Positions 19,481 through 28,922 of a DNA stretch of 42,136 nt are shown here, piece after piece. The notes below the pieces were generated by a model, which saw nothing but the letters and a program-made list of their open reading frames with translations, made no database searches and had not been told where the DNA came from. A program made the position numbers and the translations under genes. Origin of the DNA: an uncultured Collinsella sp. (GTDB lineage Bacteria > Actinomycetota > Coriobacteriia > Coriobacteriales > Coriobacteriaceae). How positions within the stretch are numbered: position 1 is the first letter of the stretch; every line of letters starts with the position of its first letter. Location: contig CABRWN010000001.1 of assembly GCA_902474645.1 (NCBI GenBank), positions 1-42,136 of the forward strand. Direction: 5' to 3'.

Positions 19481-20446
19481 ATGCCGGGTAAAAGCCTAGA
19501 GAACATGCACGTAGCGGTCTTGGCGGGCGGTCATTCCGCTGAGCGCGAGATCTCGCTCAATTCGGGAAAGAACGTCGTGGTTGCCTTGAAGGAGGCCGGC
19601 TACACTTCGGTGGAGCTGCTCGACACGGCTGCCGATGATTTTATGGTAACCATGGCGACCGGCGGCTTTGACGTGGCGTTTATCGCCATGCACGGTGCCG
19701 GCGGCGAGGATGGCGCCATGCAGGGCGCCATGGAGACCCTGGGTATCCCCTACACGGCCTCGGGCGTGCTTGCCAGCGCCTGCGGTGCCGACAAGGAGGT
19801 CTCTAAGCTCTTGTACGCCAAGGCGGGCATCCCCATTGCCCCCGGCCTCGCGCTCGAGGTGGGCGATGAAGTCGATATCGATCATATCGTCGAGGTTTGT
19901 GGCGAGCGCTGCTTTGTGAAGCCGGCCGTCAACGGTTCCAGCTATGGCATTTCCCTGGTCCATGAGCCCTCCGAGCTGCCCGCGGCAATCGCCAAGGCGT
20001 TTGAGTACGGCGACAAAGTGCTGGTCGAGAAGTGCATCGAGGGTACCGAGATCACCGTCGGCGTGTACGGCGAGGACGACGTGCGCGCTCTGCCGATTGT
20101 CGAGATTCGTAAGCCCAAGGACTGCGAGTTCTACGATCTGGACGTGAAGTATGTCGACCCTACGGACATCCATCGCATTCCGGCGCAGATTTCACCCGAG
20201 AATTACACTCGCGCTCAGGAGCTTGCCTGCGCTGCTCACAAGGCCCTCGGTTGCCTGGGTATCTCGCGCAGCGACTTTATTGTGAGTGAGGACGGCCCCG
20301 TCATCCTCGAGACCAATACCATTCCCGGCATGACCGATACGTCGCTGTATCCGGATGAGATCCGCCACACCGACGACATGACGTTCCCGCAGGTCTGTGA
20401 CAGCCTGATCCGTATGGGCCTTCGTCGAGCGGGCATTGCATGCTAA
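19481..20446 (+). CDS. ddl: D-alanine--D-alanine ligase
   Basis: GGHSAEREISL, HGAGGEDG, FVKP..GSSYG, FYDLDVKY, LETNTIPGMT. Confidence 0.95.
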   Translation: MPGKSLENMHVAVLAGGHSAEREISLNSGKNVVVALKEAGYTSVELLDTAADDFMVTMATGGFDVAFIAMHGAGGEDGAMQGAMETLGIPYTASGVLASACGADKEVSKLLYAKAGIPIAPGLALEVGDEVDIDHIVEVCGERCFVKPAVNGSSYGISLVHEPSELPAAIAKAFEYGDKVLVEKCIEGTEITVGVYGEDDVRALPIVEIRKPKDCEFYDLDVKYVDPTDIHRIPAQISPENYTRAQELACAAHKALGCLGISRSDFIVSEDGPVILETNTIPGMTDTSLYPDEIRHTDDMTFPQVCDSLIRMGLRRAGIAC

Positions 20447-23318
20447 TCGAGGACGCGGTTTCGTCAGGAACGCCGCAGTTTGTCATCGACTCCTATGCCA
20501 CGCTTGCCGAACGCGCCAAAACGCAGTCCTTCGGCCTTATCGAGGAAGATGTGATCGTCCTCGATACCGAGACCACAGGTCTTTCGGTGCAGGACAATGA
20601 GCTGATCGAGATCTCGGCGGCCCGTCTTTCGGGCCGCGAGATCGTCGACCGCTTCGATACCTTCGTGCATCCCAAACAGCTGATTCCCGCCGAGATTACC
20701 GAGCTCACGAGCATTACAAATGCCGATGTGGCAGATGCCCCGTCGGCCGTTGAGGCCGTAGCCGCTCTCGCCGATTTTGTCGGTGGTTGCCCGGTAATCG
20801 CACATAACGCCACGTTCGACCGCTCGTTTATCGAGTCGGTCAAAGGCGGCGTCAGCGTGAGCGATATTTGGATCGATTCGCTGGCGCTGTCGCGCATCGC
20901 GCTTCCGCGCCTGGCCTCGCACAAGCTGTCTTTTATGGCCGATCTGTTTGGCTGTGACTCGGTATCACACCGTGCCAATGCCGACGTCGACGCCCTGTGT
21001 GGCGTATGGCGCGTGTTGCTCGTGGCACTCACCGACTTGCCCCAGGGCCTCATGGCGCGCCTAGCCGACATGCATCCGGACGTGCCTTGGTCCTATCGTC
21101 CAATCTTCTCATTCTTGGCGGGGCAGAACCCTGGTTCTATCTTCTCTCTCAGCGCCGCTCGTGCTGACGTTCTCAAGGCCGATCGCGCCGACGATCGGGT
21201 GGACGCCGACGAACTGCCGGTCCTCAAGATGCCGAGTCGTGAGGAGATTGAGGCAGACTATGCGCCGGGTGGCCTGGTCAATCGCATGTATCCCACCTAC
21301 GAGCCGCGTGATGAGCAGATCGCGATGGCGCTCGAGGTCCGCGATGCGCTGGTCACGGGCACTCATCGTGTAATTGAGGCGGGCACAGGCGTCGGCAAAT
21401 CGATGGCCTATCTGGTGCCTTTTGCCGAGGCAGCACGCCGTAACAACATCACGGTTGGTATTGCGACCAAATCGAACAATCTTGCCGACCAGCTCATGTA
21501 CCATGAGCTGCCAAAACTTGCCGAGCAACTGGACGGTGGTCTGTCATTTTGCGCTCTCAAGGGCTATGACCACTATCCGTGCCTGCGCAAGCTTGAGCGC
21601 ATGAGCCGAGGCCAGGTCGAGATTACCACCAAGCGCGATCCGGCGGACACGCTCACGGCGGTCGCGGTCATTAACCAGCCGATGGCGACCTCGACTCGCT
21701 CGGCATTCGGTGGCGCAGCGTCAACCGTCCCGACTTTACGACGGCCTCGCGCGAGTGTGCTCGTCGCCTCTGCCCGTTTTTCCCTGACAAATGTTTGGTC
21801 CACGGCGCTCGACGTCGTGCGGCGCATGCCGACGTGGTGGTCACCAATCATTCCCTGCTGTTCCGCAATGTCGCGGCCGAGGGCAGGATTTTACCTCCGA
21901 TTCGTCATTGGGTAATCGACGAGGCCCATTCCATCGAGCGCGAGGCGCGCCGTCAGTGGGCGCGCGTGGTGTCGGCGGACGAATCACGCGTTCTGTTTGA
22001 GCGCCTGGGTGGCTCGAGCACCGGCGCGCTAAGCCAGGTTTCCCGTGATTTGGCAACCTCCGAGGGCTCTACGCTCTACCTGGGCCTTACTGCCAAGGCG
22101 ACGTCGATGGTTGCGCGCGCGAGCATGGCAATCGCCGACGTGTTCGATGGCGTTCGCGAGCTCGGTCGCCGTGCCCGTGGGGGTTATGACAATGCCAATC
22201 TATGGATTGGCCCCGAGTTGCGCGAATCTGACGACTGGCATGATTTCTTACAGTCGGCCTACACTGCCATCGACGCATTGGAACAAGCTGACAAGAGCGT
22301 CGACGCGCTGGTGCAAGCCGTCGCCGCCGACAAGCCCGAGGTTGTTGTCGACCTGGGCGATATCTCGCGCCGCCTGCACGAGCTGGCCGAGAACCTCAAA
22401 CTCATCATCGACGGCACCGATGAACACTACGTGTATTCGCTGCAGGTCAATCGCAGGCTGCGTGCCGGCGGAGAGTCAATGACCGCAGAGCGCATCGACA
22501 TTGGCGAGGCCTTGGCAACCGAGTGGCTGCCCGAGGTTCACACGGCTATCTTTGCCTCGGCGACCATGACGGTGTCCAAAAGCTTTGAACACTTTAACCA
22601 CGCGGTCGGCCTCGATCGCATTGGTGCTTCAACATCCACATCGCTGCACTTGGACTCGAGCTACGACTTCGATTCGAACATGGCTGTAGTCGTTGCGGGC
22701 GATATCCCCGATCCGCGCGATCGTGAGAGCTATCTTACGGCGCTCGAGCGCGTGCTGGTCGACGCCCATCTTGCCATGGGCGGATCGGTGCTCACGCTGT
22801 TCACCAATCGGCGCGACATGGAAGACCTGTACGCCCGCGTTGAGCCCAAAATGGCCCGTGCGGGTCTGGAGCTCAACTGCCAGCAGCGCAACTCATCTCC
22901 TCGTCGCCTGCGCGACCGGTTTATCAACGAGCCGACCTCGTCGCTTTTTGCTCTTAAGGCCTTCTGGGAGGGATTCGACGCCAGCGGCGAGACGTTGCGC
23001 TGCGTCATTATTCCCAAGCTGCCGTTCTCGAGCCCCACGGACCCGCTCTCGTGCGAGCGCAACCTGCGCGAAGACCGCGCTTGGGCGCGCTATTCGCTGC
23101 CCGAGGCGGTGCTCGAGGTCAAGCAGGCGGCCGGCCGCCTTATCCGCTCGTCGACCGATTGCGGCGTGCTGATTCTGGCCGACCCGCGCCTGGTGACGAA
23201 GGGCTACGGAAAGAAGTTCTTAACGTCGCTGCCCACGAGCTCCTACCAGCGCATCGAATCGGCGCAGATCGGTCACTATCTGCAACTGTGGCGCACACGT
23301 CACGAGCGGCGGTGCTAA
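20440..23318 (+). pseudogene. dinG: DnaQ-type 3'-5' exonuclease / DinG Fe-S helicase fusion, split by a frameshift at ~21672
   Basis: DTETTG, AHNATFD, HRANADV (DEDDh) and EAGTGVGKS in frame 1. The second frame, open from 21675, holds three Fe-S Cys, VVVTNHSLL, IDEAH, ASATM, FWEGFD and QAAGRLIR. Confidence 0.85.
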
Positions 23319-24232
23319 AGCGGACAGACGAGGGTTTTTGCCATATCGCACAGACGCTTTGACAGGGCGGGGTCATCCAAGATGCGGATGGCTCCGCCCG
23401 CTGCGATTATCTGGCTCAGTAGCCAACGCTCGGAGCCGTAATGCACGGTTACCGTTGCCATGTCTGCCCCGCTGCGCTCGATTAGGGTGATGCCGGCCCA
23501 GTCCAGATGCTCCGCCATATCGAATGGCATCAAGAGCTTTGCGCTACGCTGCGTCCGGGCAAGGGAATCGTGGAGGGATGCGACGCCCGGTGTGTGAGGC
23601 ACGACGGAGTCTTCCGTCAAGGTGAGTCCCTCGATTTTATCCATGCGATAGGTGCGCTGCTCATCGACCGCGATGTCCCAGGCAATCAGGTATGTTTGGT
23701 CGCCGTTTACCGTAATGCGCAAGGGGTCGACCAGACGCTCGCGTGGCCGCGCATCGTCCATCGAGCGATACGAGATGCGGCAACGAACACCGTCCTGAAT
23801 GGCGCAGCTCAGCTGCTGCCAGTGCGACCCGTGGTTGACGGTGTCAAAGACGCGCTGGTTATAGCCGAGCTCTTCGGGCAGAAGGGCATGTCGAATCCGA
23901 GCTGCCGTCTGCGGCTCGATCCCCAACGATTCAAGTTCATGGTTGAGCACAGCGCCTTCGGCGGCACTCAGGCGCAGCGGTAGCACACGTCCGGCGTCAC
24001 CGGTGAGGACCACACGCTCGCCGTGGCATTCGCAGATGATGCGCGCACCCGATTCTCGGTCCGCGAGCGTCGAGACGATCTCGAGAATCTCGTCGAGCGA
24101 CGCCCCCGTGATGTCAAAGCGGCTGCAAATCTCGGTTCGTGTCATGCCGCCATCGCCGGCGGCGTAGAGGGCCTCCATGATGTCGATGGCGCGCGAGAGT
24201 CTCTGCTCGCTGGTGAGTTTACGCACGGGCAT
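23315..24232 (-). CDS. WYL-domain transcriptional regulator, PafC-like
   Basis: N-terminal HTH, LPLRLSAAEG, RERLVDPLRI, TYLIAWD, RTYRMDKI, WCX-like C-terminus; ATG 24232 with AAAGGA RBS overlaps the upstream gene. Confidence 0.85.
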   Translation of the reverse strand: MPVRKLTSEQRLSRAIDIMEALYAAGDGGMTRTEICSRFDITGASLDEILEIVSTLADRESGARIICECHGERVVLTGDAGRVLPLRLSAAEGAVLNHELESLGIEPQTAARIRHALLPEELGYNQRVFDTVNHGSHWQQLSCAIQDGVRCRISYRSMDDARPRERLVDPLRITVNGDQTYLIAWDIAVDEQRTYRMDKIEGLTLTEDSVVPHTPGVASLHDSLARTQRSAKLLMPFDMAEHLDWAGITLIERSGADMATVTVHYGSERWLLSQIIAAGGAIRILDDPALSKRLCDMAKTLVCPL

Positions 24233-25241
24233 GCTCGTGCACCGTCCTTTCAATGAGGTGGTTCCACGCCTGCTTGAGCGATTTGGGGGCCATGGGCCTC
24301 ATGCCGTCCATGGCGTGGGCCATGCAAAATGAGGCGGCGGCTTCAAGATCGCGCACGTCAACGGTCCAGGTCCATCCCGCATCGGTGTGCGCGAGTTGGC
24401 CTCGCCCGCGCGTGAGGCCGTTGATCATATCGATCTGCGTCTGAGGACCGAACGAGAACGTGGCTGCAACGGGCGGTCGGTCGGCAAAATCGAATTCAAA
24501 GAACAGATAGTCGTTGAGATTGAAGTCTGCAGGGATGGCGTAGGCCTTCGAAGGACGCCAAGCGCGAACGATACGGTCGCAGCGGAATGTCCTGATGTCG
24601 TCGGTGGCATTGTCGAGGCCGCAGAAGTACGCCATGCCCTCGCGCTCGAACATGCCGTAGACGCAGACGGTACGTTCTTTCTGCTCGCCGCGTCCGTTCT
24701 GATATAAAAATCGCAGCGCGCATCGCTCGGCAAAGGCGCTCCATACCGCATCGACGGTGGGAGAGCGGCGGATCGGTGCTTCGTCCACCGCCGACATGCC
24801 GGTGAGGTAGGCAATTTTGGAGCGAATATCGGCAAGCGGCGCGGCAAAGGTGGAAGAGCCGGCCGCTAGCGTCTGGTCGATGGCGTTGAGTAGGATGTCG
24901 GCGTCGTCTGCGGTGATGAGGCCACCTGCTGCAAGCGCGTGCTCGCGGTCGATTGTCCACGAGCTTTCCTCGGTCTCCTGCGCACCGGAGGGGCGAACTT
25001 CCTTGATTAAGATGCCACGCTCGAGCAGTTTGTCACGATCGCGCCGAAACTTGCGCTTATCCGAGTCGATGTTGCCCGAGCCATATCCCAGGTCAGAATC
25101 CAAGACGATCTGCTCGGTCGTCAGCGGTTCGGGGGAGCTGTTGAGCACAAAGAAAAGGTTGAGGATGCGCTGAGCCGTTTTATCGAAACCGGGCTCCGAA
25201 CTTCCCTTTTTAATTGTCGCGGTCGCGTCGCTTGCCGTCAT
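24219..25241 (-). CDS. WYL-domain transcriptional regulator, PafB-like
   Basis: QRILNL, KRKFRRDRDKL wHTH, RTVCVYG, YFCGLD, RTFRCDRI. Confidence 0.85.
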   Translation of the reverse strand: MTASDATATIKKGSSEPGFDKTAQRILNLFFVLNSSPEPLTTEQIVLDSDLGYGSGNIDSDKRKFRRDRDKLLERGILIKEVRPSGAQETEESSWTIDREHALAAGGLITADDADILLNAIDQTLAAGSSTFAAPLADIRSKIAYLTGMSAVDEAPIRRSPTVDAVWSAFAERCALRFLYQNGRGEQKERTVCVYGMFEREGMAYFCGLDNATDDIRTFRCDRIVRAWRPSKAYAIPADFNLNDYLFFEFDFADRPPVAATFSFGPQTQIDMINGLTRGRGQLAHTDAGWTWTVDVRDLEAAASFCMAHAMDGMRPMAPKSLKQAWNHLIERTVHEHARA

Positions 25242-25439
25242 AGAGTCCTCGCATGAGAAGGTGGTTTGCTGCCATGATTTTAGTCCGATATGGAGATTAG
25301 GCTATATCCTTGTCCGCTCGGGGCGTTAAGATGGCCCGAATTCGGTCGTTTGCGCTCGCTCGGGGTATACTTTCGACTATATACGGTTCTAATGTGCATG
25401 CATTGGGCCTATTTGTCGGATTATGGATGTGGAGCGCAC

Positions 25440-28400
25440 ATGGCGAACACCCAGAACTATATTAACCACCTGCTGCAGAACACCGGCATTACGCCGGCAT
25501 GCAGCGAAGAAGAGCGCTTGGCTGCCGAGGATATCGCTCAGATCTTCCGCAACCACGGCTTTGATCCCGAGGTTCAGGAGTTCAATGCCCCGGCGCCCGG
25601 TAGGTTGGCATTTGCCGTTACCGGTATTCTTGCGTTTGCCGGCGCCCTGCTGATGGGCATCGGCGGCGGTATCGGCTTGGTCGGCACCTTGCTGGCCGTT
25701 GTCGGCGCCGTTCTTTACGTGCTCGAGCGCACGGGCCACCCCGTGGTTTCGCGCCTGGGCAAGACGGGCGTGAGCCAAAATGTCATCGCCTACCACAAGG
25801 CCTCGGGCCCGCTCGCGTCTCCGCGCAACCGCCCAGTGGTCGTTGTCGCACACTACGACTCTCCCCGTGCTGAGCTGCTCGCCCGCGAGCCCTATGCTTC
25901 GTATCGTGCGCTCATCGCCAAGCTGTTGCCCGTTGCCACGGTTGCCCCTGCTGCCGTTGCCATCCTGCGTATCCTGCCGCTCCCCGGCGCGCTCAAGGTT
26001 CTGCTGTGGATTGTCGCGATCCTCGCTTCCCTCGTTGCACTTGCCAACGCGGCAAACATCATCTCTAACCGCCACATTCTTCCCTATACGTCCGGCGCGG
26101 TGTGCAACAAGTCTTCTGTCGCCGCTATGCTCGGTGTTATGGACAACGTTGCTCCCTTCCAGGGCGAGAACGAGTTTCCCGACGATGTTCCGTTCGATAC
26201 CTATTTTGGGGAGCAGAAACGTCGTGCCGAGGAAATGGCGCGCGCGGCGGCGGAGTATGCCGCGGCCCAGCAGCAAAACGACTACGGCAACACCATCGAG
26301 TATGAAGAGCCTACCTACGCCGAGGACGAATTCGGTCAGCCGATTGCTCCCGACGCTCAGACCGAGCCCGAACAGGGTGAGGCTTTCGACGAGCAGATCG
26401 AGGGCTTTGAGGGTGCATCTGCCGACGAGACGCTGATCGGCGCTATCGTGCCCGAGGATCAGAATCAGGCTGTCCAGGCCGAAGAGTTCAATGACGAGGT
26501 TCCCGCTGCCGAGTCGGCGGAGGAACCTGCCGCGGTCGAGCCCGAGCCCAAGCTCTATCGCAACGCCGCCGGCAACATCCGCTTTGGTTCGGATGCCATC
26601 CGTGCGCTCGGAATGCTTCCCGAGTCCTGCACGCTCGATTACGAGGAGGGCGAGGAGCCGACGTTTGAGCCCGAGCCTGCGCCCGTTGTCACTGCGGATG
26701 ATGAGTCTGCCGCGGTTACCGCTGCCGTTGCCGAGTCCGAGGTGGTGTCCGCGATCGATCCCGCGGCAGGACTGGACATTTTGGCTCCCGCCGCGCCGGC
26801 GCAAGACGTTGCGGACGAGTCTGACGACGATTACGTTGAACAGCCGAGGCGCGTGTCTTACGAGAGCGATACTGATTTCTCGGCCGAGATTCCCGCGGCA
26901 ACGCCCCATGCCGATATTGCATCCGCGTTCTCTTCGATTGGCGCCAGCGCTTCCAACTTCTTTAAGGGTGCGCTTGCAAAGGGCAAGAAATTTGTCGACG
27001 ATTTCGAGGAGAAGCGCGCTGCCGCACGCGAGGCTGCCGAGCAGGAGGCTATCGCTCAGCAGCAGGCAGCCGAGGCGGCACGTGAGCTCGCGGCGCAAGA
27101 GTTCGAGCAGAACGAGGCTGTGCAGTCCGTGCCCGTCGACGCCGCCGAAGCTACAACGTCCTTTGAGTCCCAGCAACCGACGTCCGCGGATGTTGTTGAG
27201 GCAACAACGTCTTTCGAGGCTCAGCAGCACGTCGATAGCACCATGTCGTTTGATGCCGCGAAGTTCGATTCCACGATAACGTTTGAAAAGCAGGGCACCG
27301 CGATTGCCGAGCCCCTTCCTGTTTCCGATGAACAGGGCGACGCGGTGGACGATGACGAGCCCATTGATGCTGCCGAAATTCAGGATGCTGCCGAGGACGA
27401 GTCCGTCGAGGCCAACTCTGACGAAGAGCAATACGCGGCAGCCGATCAAGGTGATTCGACCGAGGTCGAGCAGGAGGAAGTGCCTGCGGTTTCCGAGACT
27501 CCCGAGACGGATGAGTCGAGGCCTTATTCCACGCAGATTTTCACCATGCCGACCCCGAGTGGTTCCGGTGCCACGGTTGCCAATGTCGCTCCCACCCAGG
27601 ACGAAACGGTCGATTCCCTTATGGCCCAGATTTCCTCCCAGGCATCGCCGCGTCCGCAGATGAATGTTCCCGATCCGGCGTCGGCACCGTCGCCTGCACC
27701 TTCCTCGTCTCCGCTGGCTTCGGTCCCCGATCCGTCGCTGCCGTCTATGGAGCAGGCAAACGTTGCGTCTCGCACGTCGCTGTTCGACCTTCCCGATCCC
27801 TCTGCCCAGGTCAACGACCCCTTTGCTACCGCCCAAGGTCCCGAACCCACATCGGCACCCGTTGCGCCTCCTATGCCCGTTGCGTCGGGCGCGCAGCCGA
27901 TCGAGACCATTTCGGCTCCCGCCCCGGCGGCACCCAAGTCTCGTAAGCGCGGCCTGGGTGGCCTGTTCGGTCGTAAAAAGAAAAACGAGCAGGACAGCAT
28001 GAGTGACTGGCTGGGCGTCGAAGACGATTACGATGCCAAGAAATCCGGTCGCGGTATCGGTTCGTGGGATAACTTCGAGGACGATAACGATGGCTGGAAG
28101 GGCGGCGCTACGTCTTCCGATGGCGCTTCTTCCGAAGATATGCTCTCGGCTGTCGCCTCTATGGGCGATGATGAGCTGCTCGGTCACGATATCTGGTTTG
28201 TGGCAACGGGCGCCTCGGATTGTGATGGCGCCGGCATGAAGGCCTTCTTGGCTTCGCATCGCGATAAGCTCCGCGGCGTATTCTTTATCAATCTTGAATC
28301 CGTCGGCGCCGGTAGGCTTTCGGTTGTGACGGTCGAGGGCGAACAGCAGCTGCTCAAGGGCGATCGCCGCATCATGAACCTGGTCAGCAAGGTCTGCAAG

Positions 28401-28616
28401 TCGTTCCATGTCGATTGTGGCGCGCTCGAGATGCCCTATGCCAAGACCGATGCCTATGCCGCGCTCGAGGCGAGCCGCCGAGCCCTCACCATCGCCGGTG
28501 TGGACGGCACGCGTCTGGCTTGCGCTCGTACCGAGGACGACCTGCCCCACAATGTCAACCCGACGAACATTGCCACGGTATCCGAGGTCGTGACCGAGGT
28601 TATCCGCCGTTCGTAG
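25440..28616 (+). CDS. membrane protein with split, apparently inactive M28 peptidase domain and a long acidic disordered insertion
   Basis: SQNVIA, VVVVAHYDS, four TM helices, GAVCNKSSVAAML; then ~650 aa E/D/A/P-rich region; then IWFVATGAS, FFINLESVG, TDAYA. GGAG RBS before ATG 25440. Confidence 0.8.
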   Translation: MANTQNYINHLLQNTGITPACSEEERLAAEDIAQIFRNHGFDPEVQEFNAPAPGRLAFAVTGILAFAGALLMGIGGGIGLVGTLLAVVGAVLYVLERTGHPVVSRLGKTGVSQNVIAYHKASGPLASPRNRPVVVVAHYDSPRAELLAREPYASYRALIAKLLPVATVAPAAVAILRILPLPGALKVLLWIVAILASLVALANAANIISNRHILPYTSGAVCNKSSVAAMLGVMDNVAPFQGENEFPDDVPFDTYFGEQKRRAEEMARAAAEYAAAQQQNDYGNTIEYEEPTYAEDEFGQPIAPDAQTEPEQGEAFDEQIEGFEGASADETLIGAIVPEDQNQAVQAEEFNDEVPAAESAEEPAAVEPEPKLYRNAAGNIRFGSDAIRALGMLPESCTLDYEEGEEPTFEPEPAPVVTADDESAAVTAAVAESEVVSAIDPAAGLDILAPAAPAQDVADESDDDYVEQPRRVSYESDTDFSAEIPAATPHADIASAFSSIGASASNFFKGALAKGKKFVDDFEEKRAAAREAAEQEAIAQQQAAEAARELAAQEFEQNEAVQSVPVDAAEATTSFESQQPTSADVVEATTSFEAQQHVDSTMSFDAAKFDSTITFEKQGTAIAEPLPVSDEQGDAVDDDEPIDAAEIQDAAEDESVEANSDEEQYAAADQGDSTEVEQEEVPAVSETPETDESRPYSTQIFTMPTPSGSGATVANVAPTQDETVDSLMAQISSQASPRPQMNVPDPASAPSPAPSSSPLASVPDPSLPSMEQANVASRTSLFDLPDPSAQVNDPFATAQGPEPTSAPVAPPMPVASGAQPIETISAPAPAAPKSRKRGLGGLFGRKKKNEQDSMSDWLGVEDDYDAKKSGRGIGSWDNFEDDNDGWKGGATSSDGASSEDMLSAVASMGDDELLGHDIWFVATGASDCDGAGMKAFLASHRDKLRGVFFINLESVGAGRLSVVTVEGEQQLLKGDRRIMNLVSKVCKSFHVDCGALEMPYAKTDAYAALEASRRALTIAGVDGTRLACARTEDDLPHNVNPTNIATVSEVVTEVIRRS

Positions 28617-28637
28617 ACGGAGCTCTAAGGAGTCAAC

Positions 28638-28856
28638 GTGTTTTCGTATATTAAGCGCCATTGGCCTGTCTACGTGATTTTGACTTTGATTGCCATTGCG
28701 TTAGGATTTGGGGCCGCCTACATCGTGGGTGCAAAGGGCTCGACCCCCGCCTCCGCAATCAGCGAAGAGGTGGAGCAAGAACAGAGCACGGGTGCCGATG
28801 GGATTCCTGAGTCCGAGCAAGCAATCGTTGATGGTGGATCTTCGTCTGCAGAGTAG
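28638..28856 (+). CDS. small single-TM hypothetical protein
   Basis: AAGGAG RBS, GTG start, TM helix plus acidic tail. Confidence 0.7.
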   Translation: MFSYIKRHWPVYVILTLIAIALGFGAAYIVGAKGSTPASAISEEVEQEQSTGADGIPESEQAIVDGGSSSAE

Positions 28857-28877
28857 ATACGGCGATTTACATGATTG

Positions 28878-28916
28878 AAAGCGGGCGAGCCAGGGGACTG
28901 TCTCGCCCGCTTTTTC
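28878..28916. terminator. bidirectional terminator between convergent genes
   Basis: AAAGCGGGCGAG...CTCGCCCGCTTTTT. Confidence 0.75.
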
Positions 28917-28922
28917 ATCGCG

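Noticed and set aside
23315..25241. Anti-phage defence island signalled by WYL genes
   Set aside because: Neighbours are housekeeping genes, composition matches the host, and the paired architecture fits PafB/PafC rather than BrxR/CapW-type regulators.
25414..25435. PafBC-type promoter motif (TGTCGG-N10-TA)
   Set aside because: TGTCGG is present but the downstream TA-N3-T element is not.
25389..28661. 1090-aa minus-strand ORF
   Set aside because: Mirror of the M28-like gene; L/R/G-rich composition typical of antisense frames.
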